A stretch of 63,991 nt of DNA, the filler included, from Cercozoa sp. M6MM (Eukaryota > Protista > Endomyxa: Ascetosporea), in the NCBI GenBank assembly GCA_040357565.1. It is 13 parts of 13 records of this genome, joined end to end, with 100 filler letters (N's around TTAATTAATTAA, not from the genome) between each part and the next. Parts side by side here need not be neighbours in the genome. Positions count along the whole stretch, not along the records: positions 24,051 to 39,024 come from JBDODJ010000315.1; positions 39,125 to 45,722 come from JBDODJ010000713.1; positions 45,823 to 47,856 come from JBDODJ010001858.1; positions 47,957 to 50,824 come from JBDODJ010001685.1; positions 50,925 to 59,487 come from JBDODJ010000526.1; 8 more parts are not named here. One strand, written 5' to 3'. A program made the translations under genes and the position numbers. Positions 37,881-50,996 of the stretch are shown here, one piece after another. The notes below the pieces were generated by a model that saw only the letters and a list, made by a program, of their open reading frames with translations, was not told where the DNA came from and searched no databases. Each line of letters starts with the position of its first letter. Position 1 is the stretch's first letter.

Positions 37881-38679
37881 TCGATCACCTGAGTGACCGA
37901 GGAGAAGAAAGACACAAAGGCGGCGGCGGCAACGGCACCGTTTTTCTGCGGCTGACGATACCGACTCAGCAGCAGTGGCCACCGACACACGTGCACTAAT
38001 CGGCGCTCGATCTGCGGGTCACAAGCAGTGGCATCTTTACCCCCTCTTTACCCCCACTTTATCCCCCTTTACCCCCTCTATACTCCTACTATACCCCCTC
38101 AACCCCCGTCACCTATACCCCGTACCTGTTGCAGCACGGTGGACAGGTGCTTGACTCGGCGCACGCCCGACGGCGTGTTCCACAGCGGCAGATTGAGGCC
38201 GCTCAGCATCACGCCGAACACGCAGCGCAGCAGCAGGAATGTTACCTGGAGTAAACAGGGGGTAAACAGGGGGTAAACAGGGGGTGAACAGGAGGGTAAG
38301 CAGGAGGGTAAACAGGAGGATAAGCATGGGGTAAAGGGGGAGACACCTGCAGCGGCAGCACAACACATGCGTCCAACAAGGAACGCGGCCGCCAGAGTTT
38401 TTTGTCGTGCCAGTGAATCCGCGCGGACGACTGCAGCACCTCCGACAGCGCGCGGTTTCGCACGCTGCGCTGCGTCTGCACACGGGAAGGGGTAAAAGGG
38501 GAGGGTAAAGGAAGCAAAATAAAGGCGGGGGAGTGGGTAAAAAAGGGAGTCAAAGGCGGTAAAGCGCGGGGGGGGGGGGNNNNNNNNNNNNNNNNNNNNN
38601 NNNNNNNNNNNNNNNNNNNNNNNNNNNNNNNNNNNNNNNNNNNNNNNNNNNNNNNNNNNNNNNNNNNNNNNNNNNNNNN

Positions 38680-38722
<43 letters not shown>

Positions 38723-39003
38723 AACACTACCAAGTGTCGCTGCAGCGCCTCCAAAATCTCGCGCGTCGCATTGATCTGAATCAGCGCCGCATCCAGTCCC
38801 GTTGCGACGGTTGCCGAGTCTGCCCCCCACACACCCACACGCACGTGTACACTGAGACACGTGTCCACCCACATGTCCACCCACGTGTCCACCCACGTGT
38901 CTACTGAGGTACCTTCCGACTGCAGCACGTCAAAGTTGAACGCCTTCTGCGACAGGTAACTGTCCCGCCGCGGCGTCTCGAATGTCACGCACTGCACGTG
39001 CAT
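35871..39003 (-). CDS. PIGQ: GPI-GlcNAc transferase subunit PIG-Q/GPI1 (5' truncated)
   Basis: WLMGLPAGMKLNAPL, SLWRLFRGKKKNELRDRVDS, DQLMLGTVMFAVLFLLLPTVAIHY and LNSFPFF...LPGGV are Gpi1-family hallmarks. Confidence 0.93.
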
Positions 39004-39189
39004 GCCTGCACGGGGGGGGGGGGGNNNNNNNNNNNNNNNNNNNNNNNNNNNNNNNNNNNNNNNNNNNNTTAATTAATTAANNNNNNNNNNNNNNNNNNNN
39101 NNNNNNNNNNNNNNNNNNNNNNNNGGGGGGGGGGGGGTAAAAGTGTAAGGGTAAATTCAAAGGGGGTGCAACGTAGTGAGTAAACGTAC

Positions 39190-40163
39190 GCTGGGTCAAT
39201 CGGCGCACGCGATAGCAGCGTTTCTTCCGACAGCTGCGTTTCGTCAAAGTGACTCAGCTGCTGCAGTCGTGCACGTGCCACTTTAAACATTGCCGCCGTC
39301 ACTCTCCGCGCGTATTGCTTTCGCAGTCTGACCCGAGTGTACAAAAAAGTCAAAGCGAAAGCAGAGAAAGCAAAAAACTATCAAAAGAAAGCAAGACGAA
39401 AGAAGGAAGATACCTGCGCACTTGTCGTTTCTTGTGCGTGTCATCATGAACCTCGAGAGGCTTCAAATCGATCTGGTCCAAAGCGATATTCTCGAGCGAG
39501 TCGTCGCTTTTCTCACTTGACTTTTCTCTCTGTCGCTGTTCTTCGAGACGTCGCTTTCGTCGCAATTCGAAATACTCGCGCGAGTCACGGCGAAGCAGCG
39601 CTCGCAGTTCGTGCGCTTTCGCGCACTGCCGAGCTCTAGCTTTTCGCAAAGCTTTCGCTTGTTCGCGCGCTTTCGCGAGTCGCAAAGCTTTCGCCTGCGC
39701 TGCGTCGGCTAGCGTCGATTGCGCTCCTGCAGCTTTCGTCTGAGAAACTTTCGATTGCACAGCTTTCGCAGTAGTTGTCGTGTGTTGAGCTGTTTTCGTT
39801 TGTGTTTCGCGCCTTTGTTTTGATTTCGAGGTTGTTTCAGCAGTTTTCGCAGGTCGATGAGCGATGGGTGACGTCGTGTCGTTCAAGTTGACAGCGGGCA
39901 TCAAACGGCGTCGCTTTCGCGCCGGCTCACTCGAATCCGAAGCTTCAGAGGCCTGGGAGTCAAACTTATGAATTGCAGCAAGTGCGAATTGAAAAAAAAT
40001 AGAGTTGTAAATATACCGAGCGACTCGCATTGACGCTTTCCTGCAAACGAGGCTGCCGAAGTTAAAACTCGTACTTTAGAAAAGTTGGAGAAGCAGAGGA
40101 AAAGTGACGCACCAGTGGAGAGGAAGAATCCTTGCGCTGCAGCAACATTCGCGTTGACACCAT
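39190..40163 (-). CDS. Hypothetical basic/coiled-coil protein (3' truncated)
   Basis: ORF 39350-40030 has an NLS-like RKRRR and a K/R/A-rich helix, flanked by further exons. Confidence 0.5.
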
Positions 40164-40594
40164 TCGCGAGTTTTGGTAGCTCAGATGTCGTTGCAGAGGC
40201 AAGTTGGCTGCGCCCGCGTTGGTTTGCAAAGGTCCCTGCTTGAAGACCTTGCGCGCACCTCGCAAAACGCCGCTAAAGGGCTTTTCTTTCTTCAACGGCA
40301 TCGGATACTCCCGCCAATTCAAAGACTGCAATGCAACCGGGCAACGCGAAACTCACTGAGACCCGTCCTTTAAACTCATAAACTTGATCGTGCTGATCAT
40401 GCGCCAGCCCTTGTTCGTCAGCCTCTGGACAGAGACAGGTTTTGGGGATCTTGGGAGCTGGAGCCAGAAATGGTGTTACTGTACTTGTACCGACTCAAAA
40501 CTGTACACCCGTCTCGGACCCATCAAGGCGCAGCGGTGGTGGCCAGTGAGTGCTAGTGCGGTGATACACCATTAGGTGACGCCAGTGGACAGTT

Positions 40595-41365
40595 ATGTCG
40601 GAACGTGTCTTGTGTCTGCTCAACCCCCTCACTTATGTACGGTACTACAACGGCTTCGTCCGCGCGCACGCTGATCTGACTGACACGGTGGAGGACACGT
40701 TGCTCAAGTTGACGCAGCTTCTGCCTGAGAGGTGCTTTCTCTTGCCTGGAGTGTCAGTGGGCGGTTTTAAAGCGTGTATGACAGGTATGGCGATGCCGAG
40801 GTGACCACGGAAGGAATCGATGCACTGATCGGGTGAGCTGAGTATCTTTTAGCTTTCACATGAGTTTTGCTGTAATCCAGTGCTTGCTTTATGGACTTGC
40901 TTGACTCTTCCTGCCTTTCCTGCAGTCTGATCATGCTGTACCACGACGCAGTGATTGGACGCGCTGTCAATCGCTGCGGCGCGCCTCGGATCGAAAACAA
41001 CGCCGACTCGACCACTGTACGTTTCTCCAAGGCCGCACTTGCCGTCATCAAGTATTGCTGGACTTGGCTATTTTTACCGCTCCTTCGCATTCCCTTGCCC
41101 TACCCCCGTCCTTTATATCTTCTATTACCTTCCTGGCAGAACGACGGAACACGTGGCCGAGGCCGTGCTGAATCTGCGTCGCTTCAAGCAGCGTCGCAAG
41201 TGGCGTATCTTGTGTGCCGTTGAATCGGCGAAAGCTGTGCTTCGCGTTGTGCTGCTCATGGTGAGACTCTGTCGCTTTATCCCTCCTCGACCTTTACCTC
41301 CTTTCCCCCAGGCGAATGGTGGCCGCATGCTGACGCAAGAGACTGACGAAGAAGTGGCTGCCACA

Positions 41366-41462
<97 letters not shown>

Positions 41463-42290
41463 TTATCTGACTGAGTGTGGATTGATGTGATCCGAGAATA
41501 GGCACTCCGTGACGTCCGCGCGGACGATGATTTCGCCGATTTGCGACGTATGTACATCGTGCGCCAAAAGTATGCTTTTTCTTGAGCTTTCTTTAAGGAG
41601 GGGTTAACGACTTTACTTGCAGCGACAACTTCACCAACACCATGGGCCAGGCCCTCGATGTGCCCAAAAATGTGCCTTCGTCGACTGCCGATATCGCTTG
41701 TGCAACCTCCGAAGGTAGGTTTACTTTCGACACCGTTTACTCTTAATCCATCCGCTAACTTCCACAGTGCTGCATATACTGCGCCCGGTGATTTACACCT
41801 GGCTCGTGTCCAAGTTCTCTCTCAAGTCTTGGAGACCATGGTATGATCTTCAACTTCTACCTGCTTCGTATGCTTGCTGTATGCACAACATGCAACAGGC
41901 TCATTGCTTTGGGCGTCGACGTTATCGCTCGAGCACTTCGCGGCGATGTTCGCAAGTACTTTCACTTTCGTTGTTTGTTCTGCTTTCGCTCTTGAGCTGA
42001 TAAAACGAGCGATTGCAGACTGCCGCCTCGTGAGCGACAGGAGCTGCGTCGCCGAGTCGTGCAGATGCTGTGCTACATTCTGCGCGAGCCTTTCTTCAGG
42101 TAGCGTTGCTCACACTGATTTTTTGCACCTTTCGTGTTACGGTATTTGTCCCAGTGCCGTGGCGAAACGCCGCTTGCTGCTTGTGGTGCGCTTGCTGGCC
42201 AAGCTGCCGCTGCTGGGCGTGTTCTTCTGGAACCAGCATGAGCTGCTCGACTCGCTGCCGGATCACTACTTCTACACGAGCGCGTCTTGA
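40595..42290 (+). CDS. PEX16: Peroxisomal membrane biogenesis factor PEX16
   Basis: YNGFVRAHAD..DTVEDTL..LTQLLPERYGDAEVTTEG, LIMLYHDAV, KWRILCAVESAKAVLR, LHILRPVIY, SWRPW, ELRRRVVQMLCY and the C-terminus HYFYTSAS. Confidence 0.9.
41372..41464. repeat. (CT)n microsatellite in a PEX16 intron
   Basis: Directly visible. Confidence 0.95.
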
Positions 42291-42508
42291 ACAATTGCAG
42301 GTTCGACTTCACGACCAGTGTACTGTACGCACTACACTATGGCGAGATTGAGATCTAGAGGTCTGGATGGGCACGCACGGTCGGGTCTTGCAGTCAGTGA
42401 GATGTGCTTCCACGCGAAAGCAAATAGTCAGCCAAGCATAGAGTTATTGATGCTGACAGCAAAAAACGACGGAACGGAAAAGCGACTCAACTGCTGCGAT
42501 CGAGAACT

Positions 42509-43750
42509 TTAGTGCGACTGCTTTGAGTCCAAGTCCGGCTGCGACTGACTCGGAGTCGATTGCGACGACTCAGTCTTTTCAGTCTCTGTCTCCTCGGTTT
42601 CAGTCTCTGTCTTTTCAGTTTCAGTCTCCTCGGTCTTTTCAGTCTCCTTGGTCTCTGCCGGAGACTGCTGGCGGAAGTGGCCTCGCCGACCCACGAGGGC
42701 AGGTTCGACATTGACAGAGCCGCGCGTGTTGGGATCATTGACACCAAGCATCGACGTCTTGATCTGCAAACACACATTTTGTCTGGTAAAGAACTTAGGC
42801 CAGACGTTGTCCACATGCGTACCTTCTTGGGCCCCAGTTCTTCCTCGTCTGCGATGCTGCACTCCTGAAGTCGCTCAGCGAGTTCCTGGAGCTCAATGTC
42901 CTTGTTCTTCAGCATGAGTAGAGGGACCCTCTCGCCTGCCGAAAAAACAAAACAAAAAACACAGTTTTCGGCAAAATCCCCCCAAAACTCACGGGCCGTA
43001 CTAAACCTTAAAGTACCAGTGTAGTAGCATATGCACTGCACGTTAACGCCGTTTTTAAGGTTTTTAGCCGAGAAATCGAGTGCGCCTGCCCATCACACGG
43101 ATTTTGCACGGATTTTGCGGTTCTGTGGGTGGCTACAAAATCTCAAACTCTGGGAAAACCCACTCTTGCCAGGCTCAATGGGGTCCAGCAGCGCGAACGA
43201 CGACACATCGGCCACGATGTACTTGCGCAGGCCCCAGAAGCCGTCGCTCTTCTCAACGAGCACCTGCGAGGGATTGCCGACCTGGGCGTAGATGTTGTAC
43301 ACGTAGTGCCGCGTGCGGTTCAGCACGGACAGGGTGGTCGACACGGCGTACCACACACCGATCGGGAACATCATCTGCGCGTTGCAACACTCAGCTCTAT
43401 CGACACAGACCACACAAACAACGTGTGTACCTCAGGCAGTGTCGTTCCTGTCCTGGCAAACATCACGGCGGCACCCAGTGTGCCCAGCTTGAGCAGACCA
43501 TTCATGAGGGACACCTGACACACACGGAATATTATGAAACCGTACATTCCGTATTTTGACCTACCCGAGTAACCTGTGGCATGGCACCCTCGTGCACCGA
43601 CACCATCTCGTCCCAGTCAAGGTCCCACCACTTAATCGCCGGCGCATCCGAATCCTGATTTCTTGTTTTTGTTGAGCCACCGAACAACGAAAAGCCGCGC
43701 AACGATTGCGCATGCAAACGCCGGGCAGACGTACGCAAGCCCAACATCAT
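42509..43750 (-). CDS. Putative mitochondrial membrane protein with two hydrophobic segments and an acidic ETEK-repeat tail
   Basis: Presequence-like MMLGLRTSARRLHAQSLRGFS. Exons join in frame through canonical introns (...DPIEPGK|SALDFSAKNLKNGVNVQCICYYT|GERVPLL...). Confidence 0.55.
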
Positions 43751-43916
43751 GCCAATCGGCACGGTACTACACTGATCTATGTACTACCTTGTGAGCCACA
43801 GTTGCCTGTTGATTCTGATGAGCGCTGGGACCTTCAAATAATAAAGAAACCCTCTGCGCAACCAGCAACTCTAACACAGTCGTGAAGCAGTGCACGCACG
43901 TGAAACTTGCATCTAG

Positions 43917-45700
43917 ATGCAGTGGATTGTTGGGATAGCCTGTTTGGCCCTGGGCGTGAGAGCAGCCTGTCCATTCGCACATCTGGAAGAGAGTTTGCAG
44001 TCAGCACAGATTCCGGCAGGCCATCCGGTCGGTGTGGGGTGCTTTTGTAGTATCTGTTAGTGCTGTTGCACATGTCTCCTGTGTTCTTGTAGTCACAAGC
44101 ACGCCCCAGTTCGAGCCATGGCTCGGCTCGATCCCGCAAGCCTCGAATACGAGTGACGAGTGGGTCCGTATCAATCAGGTACCGTTTGTACAACGCACCA
44201 GTGCCTTTTGTACATATGGACTGTACGAATGGACACAAGCACAGGATTTCTTTCTGTCGACAGCGCGTCGGGCGCGCAATGCGACGACGAATTTCGGCAG
44301 CGACCTCGTGCCGGAGAATCTCGTGTTCCAGGAGGGCGACCACCTCGTGCTGCTTCGCAACAAGCAGCGAGTTCAGGTCGCTTTTGTCTTTTTTCGCATC
44401 AGCTGTCTCAGTTTGAAAGCTTTCATTTTCATAACTTTCATTTTCACTGCTTTCAGTTTCGAAGCTTTCAGTTTCACTGCTTTCAGTTTCACAGCTTTCA
44501 GTTTCCCTTCAGTTTCACAGCTTTCAGTTTTACAGCTTTGACTTTCGAACGTTTACCCTCTTGGTTATAAAAGCGAAAGGTTTGGCTTGTTGCAGGTGCG
44601 TGAATTCACGCCGCCGCTGTTTCACTTTCTGAAGATCGTGTCGCACCTGCCAGTTTCGGTGCTGAACGTGCTGCACCCGCAGCTAGGCATGGACACGCGA
44701 CGCAACGCGCCTGCCAAGCAAGTACAGCTGAACGCAGACACACTGAACACTCTAATGTAGCGTTTCTCTTCATTTTGTGTTGATTGCGCTGATTGTATTG
44801 GCCCATGACTCGCAGAGCGCTTGCAAACCGCGTGGAAGAAATGGACCTATCTGAAGTCGATCGGCGCTTTGATGGCGATCTGGCACTCCAACGCACTGTA
44901 TTACTTTTTTGTACGTCCAAGACTGTAACGTTATTTTGTCAAGCGCCTCTCAGGCCATTAAGATCCGCGATGCCACCGTTGCTTGGATCCGGCACACGGT
45001 CGAACGAGCTGCTACGGTACAGCTCCTTTTTTTCGATTTTGCAACGAAATCTACTTATTGGCTTTGCTTTCGCTCCACCAGTCGTTCCAACTGCTGAAAG
45101 TGGAACTGCTGAACCCGCTGCGCAACGATCTGCTCGAATTCGCCACGAAAGCTGCTGAAGCCGTAAAAATTCCCAAAAACTGCACACTGCAAAACTTAGA
45201 GCCCGGAGTATCTAAATTGGGCACCTTAGCAACTGATCGGTCTGGATGACGCATTCCACGCGATGTTGCGTGCTGAATTCAAAAACGACGTGCCTTCCGA
45301 TTTGCGTGCGTTGATATTTGTAAAAATATTTTTTCGGGGCATTTCTCAGCGTTTCGCCAATGTGTTTAATTGATACGACAGGCGTCGGTGTCGCGACGGG
45401 TCACATGGTGCGTTCGGACAACCTGGTGTCGCAGTACTGGTCGCGCTACTTTGGCGTCGACATCCATGTGAGTTTACGGCCCGCCCCCCCGAGGGCCCAG
45501 ATACCCCTCCCTTGTGAGTGCAGCAAAGTGCCAAGATGATCACGTTGGAAGCGTAGGCTGCGTTTAGGCCCTTATCTTCCATCCCTTTAGTCCCCCTTTA
45601 TCCCCCTTAATGCAGTGTGTTTGACGAGCGGCGCATGTGGCAGTCCTGGGCGCAGCATGAACACGACTACGCTATGGGCTCGCTCTTTTGGAACGATGGT
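43917..45700 (+). CDS. Secreted protein resembling an uncharacterised bacterial family (3' truncated)
   Basis: Signal peptide MQWIVGIACLALGVRA and a CPF/GHP motif, then PPLFHFLKIVSHLPVSV, ATKAAEA|QLIGLD, VATGHMVRSDNLVSQYWSRYFG and VFDERRMWQSWAQHEHDYAMGSLFWND. Confidence 0.65.
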
Positions 45701-45856
45701 GCTTAGCCTTTACCCCCCCCCCNNNNNNNNNNNNNNNNNNNNNNNNNNNNNNNNNNNNNNNNNNNNTTAATTAATTAANNNNNNNNNNNNNNNNNNNNNN
45801 NNNNNNNNNNNNNNNNNNNNNNATATATATATGAATAAAATTGTATCAATTTACAG

Positions 45857-46956
45857 GTCAAGTTGTTCACTCCGTTGGCGCAACTAGTGCGTTCGGGCAG
45901 TCTCGAGGTACTGTGTGGTGCCACCATTGAGTCGATAGTATCGATCGATCGATGCGGTGGGCACAGCACCCGGTCCTCAAGGCTCTGTTCGACGAGGCAC
46001 TCGAGGGCGACGCCGACTTTGCCGCCTTCGTCGTGGCCGCCACCATGGTACTGCCGCCATGGTCCTGCCTCGGTGTCCAACTGGACTGTACTGATGTGTC
46101 TGAATAAACCGTACTGCTGGTCCATATGGACCGTACTGATGTACCAAACCTGTGCGTGTGTGCAGGAGGAACAAGACGAGTCGATCGGTCTTACGGATCC
46201 GTACGGCCAGCTGGTACACGCCGTACCTACAACAAGCTTGTTTGGACACACACACACACTGTTTGTGTGACAGTACGCGTCGTCGCACCGCGCTGTCCTG
46301 CTCGACTTTGCGCTGCTGCACCTGGAGGCCGGTGTGTCGCCCTCGTGGTACCCCTGCCTCCTACCTCCTTACCCGTGCTACCCTGCCTGGTCTCTGACAG
46401 GGGCAGTCGAGACTACTGGATCGACGTCGCTCTGAACGTCGTGCGCAAGTGGAAAACCAGCGTAACTTGGACCCTGTGTGTAACTATCTGTATCTGTGCA
46501 ATGTGTCTAACTTGGGAGGGCTCTAACTTGGGTGGGAGCTACAGTTCTTGCCATGCGTGGCGGCCGCTTTGCGCGTGCTGCGTGTTGCTGCCTCCGACGC
46601 TGCTGTGCAGCAGCACATTGGTCAGGGTATTGTCCTACTAGGGGATAATTGGGAGAGGGTAAAAGGGAAGGGATAATCATCATACCCGTGCAGTGGCGAC
46701 GCTGGTTCGTCAGGCACCGCAGGAGAAACTCTTCTCGCCGCACTCGACCCTCGTCGATATCGTGTACACACACTCTTGTCTCCCTACAATCGGATCCCCC
46801 TATTCGTGTCGCTCTTGCTTATATGCTCTGTCCCTTTCTGTCAGTGCCGAGGCTGTGCGCACGTTGAACGCGCTGTTGCGTGCCGACGCCGACTTGGACG
46901 GTTCCTTCCTCTCTACCCTAGAAGAGACTTACTTTTATAGATATGTGTGTGTCTGT

Positions 46957-46988
<32 letters not shown>

Positions 46989-47088
46989 NNNNNNNNNNNN
47001 NNNNNNNNNNNNNNNNNNNNNNNNNNNNNNNNNNNNNNNNNNNNNNNNNNNNNNNNNNNNNNNNNNNNNNNNNNNNNNNNNNNNNNNN

Positions 47089-47119
<31 letters not shown>

Positions 47120-47425
47120 TGTGTGTCTGTGTGTGTGTCTGTGTGTGTGTCTGTGTGTGTGTCTGTGTGTGTGTGTGTGTGTATGTGTGTATGTGTGTGT
47201 GTGTGTGTGTGTGTGCAGACAAGAAGCGTCGACTGCTCGGCATGCTGCTCAAGAAGATCGTGGCCGATGTCGCTGCCTACGTGCAGACTGGTGCCACCTT
47301 TTTCTCTTCGCTCCTGGCTTCCCTTTAATGTTAGTGTCTGACTGTTTTCATTCACAGAGAACGGCGATCACGTCGAGAAACTGCACGCCGAGCTGCAGCA
47401 GGCCGCCGCTGCTCTGGCGCTCTAA
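45857..47425 (+). CDS. Hypothetical protein, C-terminal part
   Basis: Chain of in-frame exons ([18 protein letters not shown]...[28 protein letters not shown]...[13 protein letters not shown]). Confidence 0.55.
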
Positions 47426-47806
47426 CATAATTTACTGAACGGTTTTTTTCACGTCAGTAGAGGACCAAAATGCGTGTACTGATAGTCAAAGCCATCAGGG
47501 AGGTCCGTAGAACTAACCAGTCCTGGTTGCATCGTATTATGTCGGGTATAATGATGTCAGTGTATTGCACAAACAGTTTATTGCACTAAGAGTCGCCGCG
47601 CTATCGATACCGATGGTTTGGACTCGGTATCATGTCAGTTGGGTTACGCCATGTGATGCGGCGATATCAAACGGAGAGTCCGGGACTAACGCGCGTGCTG
47701 CTCGAAGCGCGCACGGAGACCCTTGATACCACCCGACTCGGCGAAGATGCCCTTCTGATCAATGTGCTGCCAACAACAGATGAGCTCGAAATTGACTCGC
47801 AGAAAG

Positions 47807-47856
<50 letters not shown>

Positions 47857-47956
47857 NNNNNNNNNNNNNNNNNNNNNNNNNNNNNNNNNNNNNNNNNNNN
47901 TTAATTAATTAANNNNNNNNNNNNNNNNNNNNNNNNNNNNNNNNNNNNNNNNNNNN

Positions 47957-48005
<49 letters not shown>

Positions 48006-48017
48006 AATAAATCACCT

Positions 48018-50735
48018 CAGCACGCGAGGAAGAGTGTATAGCAACACAATGAATGCAATGATAAGGAATGTGCCCCTGTTAAACAAAGTCACTCAGTGTG
48101 CAACGACTGAGTAAATACAGAAACTGTGACATACACTGCACTTGCTCGAGCAACGGCGTTTATGTGTCCGGTAGAAACACCCTTCACAATCTCTGGGAAA
48201 GTACAAACACAAAGGTTGCACATTGATACGCTGTAACATGGCAAAGCTCAGAAAGACATGCAAATCTTTTTAATTATCAGTAAACTGTACCAACCGCTAC
48301 TGTTGCCAGCAGTGACAGCCACACAATGACTTCAATCTGTAGGCAACACAGTCATCATTATGCAGCATACAGTATGCAGCATACAGTATATTTAAAATTT
48401 ACCTGTGTTGCCTCTCTGAACTCGGGCGGAGCATCTCGCAACGTGACGCACAGTTTGATAATCCAGAGCACTGCAATCAGTATCGGGATTTTTGGAAGAA
48501 GGTTGATGCTGGAGTTCGATCGGTGGCAGTCGGTGTACACCAACTTGTTGTGCACTAACTCCGTCGGTTCGCTAGCTTGAATGACTTTGGCAGCACCAAT
48601 TGCGATTGCTTCGATAACCACGCCACCCACGATCGTTTTCATCAGCTCAATGTCAGATATTTTGATGCGTTTGAGTTCCTACAGGCATAGCGGTTTACAT
48701 AACGACGGATAAACAAACTTGAGCTATACATCAAAGCACCTTCAACAAGAAAATCTTCTCGAGTCGTACATTTTTGGCTATACGCACAAATAATGCATGG
48801 AATGGAAGATGAACTGAAAAAAGTGAAAAAGGTACCTACAAAGGTTATAAGAACTGCCATCAAAGCAGCGTCAGAGACCCACTCAGTAGTCTTGCAAACC
48901 CACGCTTCTCTTTTACTGTCGGATCAACTTAATTAAAGTAAACCAAAAGCTCGAGGGCAGTGATCCACAAAACAGTTAAAGAAACGACTCTACCGTGTTG
49001 CCAGGAAGCATTGAAACGAAAGTACGATGCACGAGTAGAATATCTACCTCCAAAAACTGATAAATAAAATGACTTTACAGTTTATGTTTGAACGTACAAT
49101 CTGACTCATTCGAGTGCTGGCAGCTTTAACGAGACGCTCTTTCCTCTTCCAATAGAACCAAAAAGAGCTTGTAAGCGAGAGAATTGCTGCGCACACGAAC
49201 AGTCCGAGGCCGATGGATTTCGTCTGGGAGTTGATTTCGTGTCGTGTAAAGCACAGGTCGATCAAGTAGGTACGAACGGCGTTGTCGAACGGCGCGAGTT
49301 CAGGCTGATCCCGAGCTGAACAAACATTGAAACTAGATTGCCTCATTGAGGCAAGAAGCCGTGAGCCCCATATGCATTCGTACCAATCTCATAAAAGGAG
49401 TCATCAATATCGTCGCAAGAAGGAAGGTCCGCTGCGGGTATCCACTTCGCAACAGTTTCTTCAAACGCATTCACATAAGCACACGCCACCTGGGACGAAT
49501 CACAAGTCAAATTAAGCTCAAACAAACTGAGCGAGCGCTGAAAACTGAAACTGAAACAGCAACTGAACTTAAATTTACTTCGTGCGTCGTCATGTTTCCT
49601 CCAGAAGCCACGTGATTTGACATCCAGTACTCAAAATCATCTGTCGTAAGGCGATAACTTTCTCTGAAATTTCGGTGAAACGCAGCGCAGATTGTTTAGA
49701 TCTCATTGCGGTAACAGCAAGCTGCACTAAAAAAAAACGTACACGAAGGTGTAGGCAATTTCGCTCATGTCTTTGAGGTCGCGCTGTGTTAAACAAAACA
49801 AAACTGGAACAGAAGACTGAACTGCCCGTCAATAAATTTACGGACCTGAATAACTTCAGCAGATCTGTCTTTTCAAAATCGCAGTCTATGGCATTCTCGG
49901 CCCCTAGAATAACGGGTGTTAACCACAACATGGAGAAATCTCAGTTCGGTAAACAATACTGACTCCCGGAAGTAAAATGAACTATTAAATTTACCCCCTG
50001 GCGGAGTAAAGACCGAAGAGTCCCATCGTGCTCCACACGAAGGCGTATACGTTGGGAAAGCGATCCGTTTAAAATAATTCGTGCCGAGCGTAATCTATAT
50101 GTTTCAAAAGGGAGGATTAACTGACGAGCCTCCCCTCGATGAAAAATAATAACAGAGCACTGAAATATAAATTTACTTCATTTGGCTCCCACAACGCGGC
50201 GATAATCTACATGACACACTTTCAGGATGCAGCACTTTCGATCACATGTCTAGTTTTACGTTTAAGTTGCTGTCGACCACAAGTCGTAAAAAAGCTAACC
50301 ACTCATCAGGATCCAGGATTGGAATCAATGTCAAAGTCATGTTGTATTTCACGGCGACTTGCGAGAACCAGGTCTATTCGCAAGAGTTCTGTTTGCACAC
50401 CACTCCCGCCCAATCGTTTAAAACTGTAAACTTTTACCTCCCAACCTATTCCATTTGTGATAACTGGAATGCAATTCGTTGAACTTGGGTTGCTCGTGCT
50501 AAGGCTTGTTTGATTCATTTCACACGCTGGAGAAAACCTGAAATCAAAAGCAAAACTTGAACAGTCACAATCCAGAGGGGCAACTAGATGTTCATGGTCG
50601 TCAATCAAACTTGCCATTTTCCGCCAATGCAATCTAATTCTTCCGTGCAATAGCTTGAATCTCCTTCGTGTATTGCGTCCGAAGCAAACAAATCCGAGAT
50701 GTTTGAGTGCAAAAGGTACGACCGATAGTGCTCTA
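48018..50735 (-). CDS. Class C (GABA-B/7tm_3-like) GPCR-type 7TM protein, truncated at both ends
   Basis: TM1 followed by WKRKERLVKAAS; TM5-ICL3 IIKLCVTLRDAPPEFREATQ, resembling the class C R.vP..FnE motif; TM7 IVLLYTLPR. Upstream exons are probably extracellular. Confidence 0.6.
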
Positions 50736-50756
50736 CCAGGTTAAATTAGGGATGTG

Positions 50757-50824
<68 letters not shown>

Positions 50825-50996
50825 NNNNNNNNNNNNNNNNNNNNNNNNNNNNNNNNNNNNNNNNNNNNTTAATTAATTAANNNNNNNNNNNNNNNNNNNN
50901 NNNNNNNNNNNNNNNNNNNNNNNNGGGGGGTAAACAGGGGGGTAAACAGGGGGGGTAAATAGGGGGGTAAACAGGGGGGTAAATAGGGGGGTAAAC

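Noticed and set aside
42936-43169. Apparent GC-AG intron (G|GCAAGA)
   Set aside because: A fully canonical two-intron solution with an internal exon (SALDFSAKNLKNGVNVQCICYYT) preserves the frame.
47632-47810. Short ORF ESPGLTRVLLEARTE... as a gene or transposon start
   Set aside because: Too short, truncated by (CA)n and the scaffold end, and with no identifiable motif.
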